Shown piece by piece: positions 57,017 through 64,000 of a stretch of 64,000 bases of DNA. Each line of letters starts with the position of its first letter. Position 1 is the first letter of the stretch. Under the pieces are notes generated by a model. The model was not told where the DNA came from. It did not search any database and saw nothing but the letters and a program-made list of their open reading frames with translations. The position numbers and the translations under genes are program-made. Location of the stretch: assembly GCA_045106895.1 (NCBI GenBank), contig JBGCFM010000074.1, forward strand, positions 16,259-80,258, read 5' to 3'. The DNA is from Polyangiales bacterium. Its GTDB lineage: Bacteria; Myxococcota_A; Polyangia; Polyangiales; Houyiibacteriaceae.

Positions 57017-57352
57017 GTGCGTGGAATCCCCGAACTCCAGCGAGTCGTTGAGAGACGGGCTGAGGAGTGGCTGCCGGAGACCGTACCGGCGACGGTGCTT
57101 CTGGGCGAGTTGGGGTGCACTTTCGTCGTAGACGCGACACCGCAGCTCGCCGCATGTATCTTCGAGCGCGTGGAGAACGTGCTCCGCGATGGCACATCGT
57201 CGGAAAAGGATGCCATCGCGACGGGCTTCCTCGAGGGTGTCGTATCCGCTGTGGACCGCGACCCCGCCGCGGGCTGGGTGGTAGCCGCGGCCGGTCCCGC
57301 CGCGAAGGCGTACATCGACGAATGGAATCGCTTCTGTGGCGTAGAGGTCTGA
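57017..57352 (+). CDS. Small alpha-helical protein (DUF7674-like, immunity-protein-like)
   Basis: IFERVE..L.DG...DAIATGFLE...GP.AK.Y...W.RF. Confidence 0.6.
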   Translation: MRGIPELQRVVERRAEEWLPETVPATVLLGELGCTFVVDATPQLAACIFERVENVLRDGTSSEKDAIATGFLEGVVSAVDRDPAAGWVVAAAGPAAKAYIDEWNRFCGVEV

Positions 57353-57386
57353 CGACTGCATCGCGCCTATGACATGCTGCGTAGCG

Positions 57387-58598
57387 ATGAGCGGCCCGAA
57401 CACACTTTTCTTGGCGGCGCTTCTGGCTCTCTGTGCTTGCGGTACGCGCAGCGCACTCCTCGTGGAGCTGCGTGATGACGCCGGGGACGCCGGCGTGGGC
57501 GCTCCCGATGCTTCGACGAATACACCGGACGCACGAAGCGATGCCAGAGGCGCGGATACGAGCGTGGTTCCTAGCGAGTGTGTCTGGGGACCCCGGCGCG
57601 AGGGTGACACCATCGCCGAGCCGGCGCGCATCGAACTGGAAGAGGGTTTCAGCTTGAGCGACGTTCAGGTTGTCGCCTACGACGAGGGCTACTTCTTCGT
57701 GGCCCAAGGACGCTTCGGCGAACAGGCCCGTGTGATCTTCGGAAGCTTCGACGAGTCCCAAGAAGAGACCATCGTATACGACGCGCAGCAGGGGAATGCA
57801 GCGAAGCTAGCGGCGACGTCGCGGTCCAGTGTGTTCTCCGAAGGACAGCGTCTGCTGCGCCTCGAACAAAACCGGCGTGGCTTCTCATTCCCGTTCATGA
57901 ACGGATGTCGCTCTGTTATACATGGCGGCGAACGCGCCTTTGCGTGGGTGGACGTCGGAGCAAACACCTCAGCGATTTGGGACGTGCGTCTCGACCCAAG
58001 TGAACCCTTCGATGAAACCGTTATGGCCCAAAGTGCGGTACCGCGGGTCTTTCCGGAAGAGATCTTAGGTGCCGCGTGGGATTCAGAAGGCGAGCGAGGC
58101 ATGTGGCTCACCGGCGAAGTTCGCGCAGCGCTTGGACGCCAGAGCCTCTGGACCTACGACGGCGAAGCGCCGAGACGCGTAGACATCGAGACCGACGAAC
58201 GCTTTGTGTGGCTGCACGGACTCGCGCTTTTCGAAGGGCGGGCGATGTCCTTTGACCTGAACGAGGCGCCTCGCCTCCTGCTCATCGAGCCGAACTCTGG
58301 CGCCATCCTGGAGGAGCGCGAGGTCTCGATGACCCTCTTCGAAAATGCGGGCCCGCCGCGAGATGCTGATCTTGCGGCCCACGCGAATGGAAGCCTCGCG
58401 AACATGAGCGGGGTCCTCGTCGACTTTCCGGCGGATGGCGAAGCACGCGTCGTCTTCGACGAAAACGTCGACCGGCGCGGCCAAGCGCTCTTGGGACATG
58501 ACGTCGCTCTCCGCGGCGACCACGCGGTGACGGCGACGGGCTACCAGCGCGCGGAAGGACGTTCGGTGGTAGAGCTACGCCACTTCGAGTGTCGCTAA
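57387..58598 (+). CDS. Lipoprotein, beta-propeller-like
   Basis: Lipobox CACG-TRS, DAG linker, beta-rich body. Confidence 0.7.
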   Translation: MSGPNTLFLAALLALCACGTRSALLVELRDDAGDAGVGAPDASTNTPDARSDARGADTSVVPSECVWGPRREGDTIAEPARIELEEGFSLSDVQVVAYDEGYFFVAQGRFGEQARVIFGSFDESQEETIVYDAQQGNAAKLAATSRSSVFSEGQRLLRLEQNRRGFSFPFMNGCRSVIHGGERAFAWVDVGANTSAIWDVRLDPSEPFDETVMAQSAVPRVFPEEILGAAWDSEGERGMWLTGEVRAALGRQSLWTYDGEAPRRVDIETDERFVWLHGLALFEGRAMSFDLNEAPRLLLIEPNSGAILEEREVSMTLFENAGPPRDADLAAHANGSLANMSGVLVDFPADGEARVVFDENVDRRGQALLGHDVALRGDHAVTATGYQRAEGRSVVELRHFECR

Positions 58599-59248
58599 GT
58601 CACGTCGGAGACGGCGCAAGTTTCGGCTTCCGAGATGCGCTTCCAAGATACCGCCCAAGCAAGAACGCCGCCCGCCGCGAGACCGCTCAAGTGCACCCAG
58701 TCTACCTGGGTGCGCGCGCCACTTTCGAACCACATCGCGACGGCGAAAGCGACGAGTGCGATGCGGAGTGCGAGCTGAGCTCTGGAGTGTCCGCGGCGGC
58801 AGGTGTCGACGGCGAGGGCTCCGATAAGGCCCCAGGTACCGGCGGACATGCCGAGCGCCGGCCCGGCGTTGCCGAAGAGAAGATGCATGATGGAGCCGCT
58901 TAGGTGCGCCAGAAAGAAGACGGCCGCGAACACTGCATGCCCACGTGCCCGCTCGTAGAGACCTCCGTAGGCCACCAGCTGAAACGCGTTGGTAGCCCAG
59001 TGCATCCAGCTTCCGTGGAGGAGCCACGCGCTGAGCAGACCAAGGGGTCTGGCCTTGGAGAGGCTGTAGGTCTCGAAGAAGTCGTAGTAGATGTCGTAGT
59101 CGCGCTGGGTGCCTTCGCTCGGCACTTCCGCGACGAGGTCGAATGGCGAGGGCGGACGGATCGACTCGGACCAGAAGATCACCGCGAGGGTGAGTCCGAA
59201 GATGACGAGCGTCAGCCAGGGCCAGCGAGTGTTCGGCGCAGACTCCAA
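58595..59248 (-). CDS. Rhomboid intramembrane serine protease
   Basis: LHGSWMHWATN, GMSA, HLSG; multiple TM. Confidence 0.88.
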   Translation of the reverse strand: MESAPNTRWPWLTLVIFGLTLAVIFWSESIRPPSPFDLVAEVPSEGTQRDYDIYYDFFETYSLSKARPLGLLSAWLLHGSWMHWATNAFQLVAYGGLYERARGHAVFAAVFFLAHLSGSIMHLLFGNAGPALGMSAGTWGLIGALAVDTCRRGHSRAQLALRIALVAFAVAMWFESGARTQVDWVHLSGLAAGGVLAWAVSWKRISEAETCAVSDVT

Positions 59249-59251
59249 CGC

Positions 59252-60226
59252 TCAGGTGTGTCGCTCGAGAAACTCGAAGGTATCGCGCCAGCAGCGCTGT
59301 GCTTCGGCCAAGAAGGCGAATGCATGAAACGCATGGACCTGCCCTGGATAGTAGCGGTCTTCGGCGGCGCCTCCGAGGGCGCGAAGTGCCGCACCGAGTC
59401 GCCGGGTGTCGTCGAGGAGTGGGTCTCTTGTTCCGACGGGCAGAAAGAAGGGCGGTAGATCACGCTCGGGCTTTTCACCCCGCTCGACCCAGTTCACCGG
59501 GTCCGCAAAATCTAGCGTCGAGCCGTAGGTGTCCACGTCGTTCGGGAGGTAGCCACGTTCGATCTCTTGCATTCGTTCGGCGACGAAACGCGGAAAGTCG
59601 GGCTTACGGCGGGCGAAGCGATCGACGTCGCTCACTTGAAAGATGCCGCACGCCGGCAAGACCGCGCGCGGGACGACGCCCGTGTCGAAGACCCGTTGGG
59701 CAAAGGCTTCTTCGCGTCTGTACACCGTCGACAAAGCGAGGCCCGTGGCGAGGTTCGCCCCAGCGGATTCGCCGGCGATGACAAGCTGCGAGAGGTCCGC
59801 GCCGTGCTTGGGCCCGTGCTCACAGAGCCACTCGAAGGCGCCGCCCACGTCTTCGGCGGCGGCGGGGAATGGGTGTTCCGGCGCGAGGCGGTAGCCGACG
59901 TTGAAGACGAGATACCCACGTCGCGCAAACGAGAGGCCCATGATCCAATGCGTCTCTTTCGATAGGATACGAAAGCCGCCACCATGAATATAGAGCACCG
60001 TCGGCAGTGGCCCCTCGGCGTTGCTCGGACGGTAGATGTCGAGGCGATGTCGCGCGAGGGCGCTGTCGGCGTGATAGCCAAGGTCGCGCTCCACGACGAC
60101 GCCGTGGCGCTCAGGCTTTGCCATCGGGTGCAGCTGCCCAAGACGGGCGGCCCCCGCGAAGAAGCCGTGCGCGAGGGCTCCGCCTGCGCGTCGGCGCGCG
60201 TTGAGAATCTTCGACGCGAGTTTCAT
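59252..60226 (-). CDS. HSL-family alpha/beta hydrolase (esterase)
   Basis: HGGGF, YRLAPEHPFP, GESAG, DPL, HAF. Confidence 0.93.
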   Translation of the reverse strand: MKLASKILNARRRAGGALAHGFFAGAARLGQLHPMAKPERHGVVVERDLGYHADSALARHRLDIYRPSNAEGPLPTVLYIHGGGFRILSKETHWIMGLSFARRGYLVFNVGYRLAPEHPFPAAAEDVGGAFEWLCEHGPKHGADLSQLVIAGESAGANLATGLALSTVYRREEAFAQRVFDTGVVPRAVLPACGIFQVSDVDRFARRKPDFPRFVAERMQEIERGYLPNDVDTYGSTLDFADPVNWVERGEKPERDLPPFFLPVGTRDPLLDDTRRLGAALRALGGAAEDRYYPGQVHAFHAFAFLAEAQRCWRDTFEFLERHT

Positions 60227-60283
60227 ACGCTGACCATAGCAACCTTCGCCACGAGAGTCAGAGTCCGTCGAGGGCACATCTCA

Positions 60284-60508
60284 TTACGTGTACCCGTGGT
60301 CACGCAGGTAGAGCGCTTCGACTTCCTTGCGAGCCCACTCAGTCTTGCGCAGAAACTTCAACGTGGACTTCACGCTGGGGTCAAAGGTGAAACAACGAAT
60401 ATTGATGATCGAAGACAGCTCTTCGAAACCACGACGCTCCACCAAATCCTCGACGATGACCTTGAGCGTCAGACCATGAAGCGGGTTGTTTGGTTGTTCG
60501 GAGGGCAT
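60284..60508 (-). CDS. VF530 (DUF2132) DNA-binding protein
   Basis: [38 protein letters not shown]. Confidence 0.92.
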   Translation of the reverse strand: MPSEQPNNPLHGLTLKVIVEDLVERRGFEELSSIINIRCFTFDPSVKSTLKFLRKTEWARKEVEALYLRDHGYT

Positions 60509-60667
60509 GTGCTCGTACTCGTGGGTGATGGGCTGACAGCGGTCGGGAGTCCCGTTGTGCCAAACAAGCCTATTTTAGCTTGCATAAACGCACCATCACC
60601 TACGCGATCATCGCACGCCGGAACCTACTCCTTGCTTCGCTTCAAAGTCCCTGCGTAAGCTCCCAGC

Positions 60668-61231
60668 GTGCCCAGCGAACCAAGACTTCGAGGCGCGGTT
60701 CTCTTGGACCAGATCGCCTACATCACGAAGACACATGGGCCTGCCGTCGTTCGCCGTGCCAAACAAACGATGGCGTCTGACGACCGACGGACCATCGAGG
60801 AAACGCTGCCGATCTCCTGGCTGAGCGTACCGACGGTCACCAGGTTCAAGTCCGCCATCGCCGCCGAGCTTGGCGAAGACCCTGTCGCATTCAATCGCCG
60901 GCTGGTTCGCGCCAGCATCGGCAACACCATATCGACCATCTGGCGCGCGCTTCTCTCGCAGTTGTGGGACAGCGCCGTCGTGAAGCGAACGCCAATTCTC
61001 TACTCGAAGGCCTTTGACCGCGGAAAGCTTGAACTTCGCGTGCTTGAAAAGCGACACGCAGAGTTTGTGCTGAGCGGTTGGCCTGACATGCCGGAGTTCG
61101 ACTGCGCAGGCATGGCCGCCGCCATGGAAGCACTCCTCGAGTACGCGGGGCGAGGAACGACGACGGTCCGCTGGAGACGCGAGCCGCTGATCGTCGTCTT
61201 CGATGCGACGTGGCGACCGAGCGCGCAATAG
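60668..61231 (+). CDS. Myxobacterial DUF2378/HNOB-V4R-like hypothetical protein
   Basis: LRG.......HG.......LP.SW pattern; TAAGCT-N6-GTG. Confidence 0.55.
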   Translation: MPSEPRLRGAVLLDQIAYITKTHGPAVVRRAKQTMASDDRRTIEETLPISWLSVPTVTRFKSAIAAELGEDPVAFNRRLVRASIGNTISTIWRALLSQLWDSAVVKRTPILYSKAFDRGKLELRVLEKRHAEFVLSGWPDMPEFDCAGMAAAMEALLEYAGRGTTTVRWRREPLIVVFDATWRPSAQ

Positions 61232-61259
61232 TCTCGGCTCCAAGCACCTAGTCCTAGTA

Positions 61260-62207
61260 CTAGCCGCAGAACTCATTTTCCGTGACGTGCACGGCGCCCT
61301 CGACCATCTCGCAGCTCTGACCAGGCAGCAGGCGCATGCACTCGCAGTCGTTGCAGTCGCTTGGGAGCGCGACGCAACGAAACTCCAGGCCGTCGTCGGG
61401 TCCGCAGCGGGCGTTGCAGCTCTGCTGCAGAGTACAGCTTCCGCTCCCGCACGCTGGGGGTGTGAAGCATGCGCACCCAAGTTGAGGGCCCCGTTCCCAG
61501 ATGCCGCCGTTGCACTGGACGGAACCGCAGCACGGGTCGCCGCAGCTCTGCGCTTCGTGCCTGCACGCCGTTCCGATCAAGGGCTCCAGCTCAACCGGGC
61601 ACTCGAGAAGCAGCTCAGGACACACGATTTCCTCGCACTCCGCCGGCTGCCAGGCGCCGTCGATGCAGGACATCGGTGACCAGCCGTTTCCGCCCGCGGT
61701 GGGACAGCACTCGCCGCAGCGCTCCACTTCGCCGGTGCAGGCGTCGCCCACTTCGGGCTCGCGACCACACCAGCAGACCGGGTCCGGTTCCGCCACGGCG
61801 CAGTCCCAGCTGCCTTCCTCGCAGGTGCAGAACATCGCCGAGCCGCACTGGGTTCCTTCGGAGCAGGTCGCGCCTTCGTTTGTGCACGCCGACCCCGGAG
61901 CGTCGCGGTCCCGGGGGTTGATGCCGTCGGGGCAGCCTCCGTCGCAGCTGGTGATGTCGACGGAGCCAGGAGGGCAAAGCCACGCATCATCGACGCAGAT
62001 GGCCGGGATGACGCCGTCTCCGTCGCCGCACTCCCTCGTGCACTGGGGGTGCGGTCCGTCGTGAAGACATTGACCGCTGTCGCGACTGCCCGCGTCACTC
62101 TGTGCGTCAGCCGCGGACGCGTCTGGCATCGACGCGTCGTCGTCCGTGCCGTGGGAGTTCGCGCAGGCCACAGCAAAGGGCAGAGTCAAAAGCAGACGTA
62201 AGAGCAT
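61260..62207 (-). CDS. Cys-rich lipoprotein
   Basis: Lipobox AVAC; DAS/DAG linker; repeated G.AC..EG..C...C..G.W.C modules. Confidence 0.8.
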   Translation of the reverse strand: MLLRLLLTLPFAVACANSHGTDDDASMPDASAADAQSDAGSRDSGQCLHDGPHPQCTRECGDGDGVIPAICVDDAWLCPPGSVDITSCDGGCPDGINPRDRDAPGSACTNEGATCSEGTQCGSAMFCTCEEGSWDCAVAEPDPVCWCGREPEVGDACTGEVERCGECCPTAGGNGWSPMSCIDGAWQPAECEEIVCPELLLECPVELEPLIGTACRHEAQSCGDPCCGSVQCNGGIWERGPQLGCACFTPPACGSGSCTLQQSCNARCGPDDGLEFRCVALPSDCNDCECMRLLPGQSCEMVEGAVHVTENEFCG

Positions 62208-62310
62208 GGCTAGCCAGGAGAGCACGTTGTGTACCAGGCCGAATTGCGAGAACCCGCCCGGAGCAGCCTGGGCAAGGTGTGCCGTGCTGTGCTGATTTGT
62301 CACAGCCGCC

Positions 62311-62347
62311 AAACAACAACGGCGACACCCCAGGAGGGTGCCGCCGT
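62311..62347 (-). terminator. Intrinsic terminator after OmpA-family gene
   Basis: Minus-strand 12-bp stem ACGGCGGCACCC/GGGTGTCGCCGT followed by TGTTGTTT. Confidence 0.7.
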
Positions 62348-62368
62348 CATCGTCAGTCGTTGAGCGAT

Positions 62369-63799
62369 CTACTCAGGCATGATGACGAACTCGACGCGCC
62401 GGTTTGCACGATGCGCGATCTCGCTATCGCCGCTCAGCAAGGGTCGAGACTCACCGAAGCCTATGGCGCGAAGCCGCGCGGCGTCGATGCCATGCTCCAC
62501 GAGCCAGGTCTTCACGGACTCGGCGCGGGCCTCACTGAGCTGCTGGTTCGATTCCGGTGTCGCTCGGTTGTCCGTGTGGCCCGCGATCTGAAGGTGCCGA
62601 ATCTGCGGGTTTGCTTCGAGGACGGAGACGACCTCGCGGAGTGTCGGCTCTGAGCGACGCATGATGCGTGCCCGGTCCGTTCTGAACTCGATGCGCATGA
62701 GAATCTGGATGCCGCCAGGAGCGACTCGAACAGACACTGGGCAACCGTTGTTCTCTGCAGTGCCCGGCGCCGTTGGACACTCGTCCGTCGCGTCGGGGAT
62801 CCCGTCGCCGTCGTTGTCGAGCTCAGGGCAGCCGTCCGTGTCTTCGAAACCATCGAGGTCTTCGGGCTCCGTGACGCACTGATCGGTTTCGTCAGGAATG
62901 CCGTCGCCATCTTGGTCGGCGGCGTTCTCGGGACAGCCGTCCTCGTCTTCGTCGCCGTCCATGTCTTCGGGCTGGTTAGGACAGCGGTCCGCACCGTCGA
63001 GGATGCCGTCGTTGTCGTTGTCGGCCTCGGGACACCCATCGGTGTCCTGGAACTCGTCGACGTCCTCTGGAGCGAGGGGACATGCGTCCACTCGGTCTTC
63101 GAAGCCGTCGGCGTCGTTGTCGAGTTCAGGGCAGCCGTCATGATCCTCGAAGCCGTCCTGGTCTTCTTGTTCGCCGCGACACTCGTCGTCGCCGTTTCGA
63201 ACGCCGTCACCGTCGTCATCCGCGTCGGGGTCATCAGCACCGAAGACAAAGCCAACCTCGAAGCCGATGGCTAGGTACTTGCCGTCCGGCGCGCCGAGCA
63301 CGTTCTCATCAGGCTGAAAGATGTGCGTGTAGCGAGCGTAGGGACCAAGTCGCACGCGTGAGCTGAGACGAAAGTCGACTCCGAGTTCGGCTTCGACACC
63401 AAGCCGGACCTCACCGCCCGTAATCGCCAAAGCGGCGCGACCCCCTAAGTAGATGTCTGCAACACCCAAGGATGGAATCGGGTGGACACGCACACCCGCC
63501 GATGGCGCGTAGTACGAGCCAAAGGTGACGTTCGGATTGTCGGAGGCAAACCAGAACGATGAGAAGTGCGCGTCGATACCGATGTAGTCGTGAAGCCGGT
63601 ACTCGTAACCGAGACCTACGCCTCCGCCGGTTCCGTACAGTTCACGGTGCGGATCGCTGAGGATGAGACCTACCGCAGCGTCGATTCGCAGGGCGTGTGT
63701 GTAGGGCTGAGCCTCGGCGGAGGATGCGAAGGAGCTCACCAGAAGCAAGGCTCCACAAAGCGAAGCGGCGCAGCTCGCCGTCATGTTGTAACGGCTCAT
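62369..63799 (-). CDS. OmpA-family outer-membrane protein: beta-barrel + thrombospondin type-3 repeats + OmpA_C
   Basis: D.D.DG..D..D.CP repeats; IAGHTD, N..LSEARAESV..WL, GFGESRP, NRRVEF. Confidence 0.93.
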   Translation of the reverse strand: MSRYNMTASCAASLCGALLLVSSFASSAEAQPYTHALRIDAAVGLILSDPHRELYGTGGGVGLGYEYRLHDYIGIDAHFSSFWFASDNPNVTFGSYYAPSAGVRVHPIPSLGVADIYLGGRAALAITGGEVRLGVEAELGVDFRLSSRVRLGPYARYTHIFQPDENVLGAPDGKYLAIGFEVGFVFGADDPDADDDGDGVRNGDDECRGEQEDQDGFEDHDGCPELDNDADGFEDRVDACPLAPEDVDEFQDTDGCPEADNDNDGILDGADRCPNQPEDMDGDEDEDGCPENAADQDGDGIPDETDQCVTEPEDLDGFEDTDGCPELDNDGDGIPDATDECPTAPGTAENNGCPVSVRVAPGGIQILMRIEFRTDRARIMRRSEPTLREVVSVLEANPQIRHLQIAGHTDNRATPESNQQLSEARAESVKTWLVEHGIDAARLRAIGFGESRPLLSGDSEIAHRANRRVEFVIMPE

Positions 63800-64000
63800 G
63801 GACAGGTCCATCCCACGGTGTAGCTTCGGACGACCGGCGATTCGCCGGGGATGCCTCGAATGATGGTGGTGAGCCGGAAGTAGCGCGCCGGCGTGATGCC
63901 TGCGCCCATGAAGGCCGTCGTGATGTCTCCGGGTGAGACATCCGGCGGCGTGACGGTGATGGTGACCGCCGTAGCCGCGTTGAGGCCAGCGATGGTGTCG
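63796..64000 (-). CDS. C-terminal end of an upstream protein (partial), translationally coupled to OmpA gene
   Basis: Open frame DTIAGLNAAT...RYFRL...SPVVRSYTVGWTCP*; ATGA overlap at 63796-63799. Confidence 0.65.
   Translation of the reverse strand, partial: DTIAGLNAATAVTITVTPPDVSPGDITTAFMGAGITPARYFRLTTIIRGIPGESPVVRSYTVGWTCP

Noticed and set aside
54778..57352. Run of small genes and remnants as an integron cassette array
   Set aside because: No repeated attC-like (RYYYAAC...GTTRRRY) sites and no integrase in the window
58595..59248. Rhomboid as the sorting enzyme for the MYXO-CTERM protein
   Set aside because: Rhombosortase handles GlyGly-CTERM; MYXO-CTERM processing is attributed to a CPBP-family myxosortase; no linkage here
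62221..62236. GG-N10-GC (TGGTACACAACGTGCT) upstream of Cys-rich lipoprotein
   Set aside because: Spacing fits sigma-54 but the match is weak and leaves almost no leader; not enough support
62369..63799. Naming the OmpA/TSP3 gene traB
   Set aside because: Architecture is shared by many paralogues, and the upstream gene's C-terminus is not a MYXO-CTERM anchor

Overview
GC-rich myxobacterial (Polyangiales/Sandaracinaceae-like) chromosome segment; this assignment is inferred from gene content: a DUF1592/DUF1552 pair, a MYXO-CTERM Cys-rich surface protein, a MXAN_5187-C protein, three Ser/Thr kinases and TSP3 beta-barrel proteins. Housekeeping genes (coaX, pcnB, nagZ, xth, hflX) lie in the left half. 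An accessory zone (about 32.4-57.4 kb) holds arsR-arsM, an ABC exporter, a lipase maturation factor, a second DUF4132 protein and a partly decayed defence island. The island carries an intact PLD-helicase-DUF3427 (SauUSI-like) nuclease, a frameshifted RhuM, a nucleotidyltransferase pair, DUF4238, a frameshifted Mrr fragment and a DUF222-HNH gene. No rRNA, tRNA, CRISPR array, transposase or integrase was recognised. Most notable observations: (1) a perfect 20-bp inverted copy of an internal segment of the DUF222-HNH gene sits just upstream of its own promoter; (2) a bacterial protein with heme-thiolate peroxygenase-like motifs; (3) an intact stand-alone mini-RhuM; (4) a thrombospondin-C/Cys-stalk/MYXO-CTERM adhesin with TraA-like layout; (5) a pervasive leaderless-promoter signature (TAnnnT-N6/7-start). 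All family assignments are from motif recognition by eye; no database searches were run.
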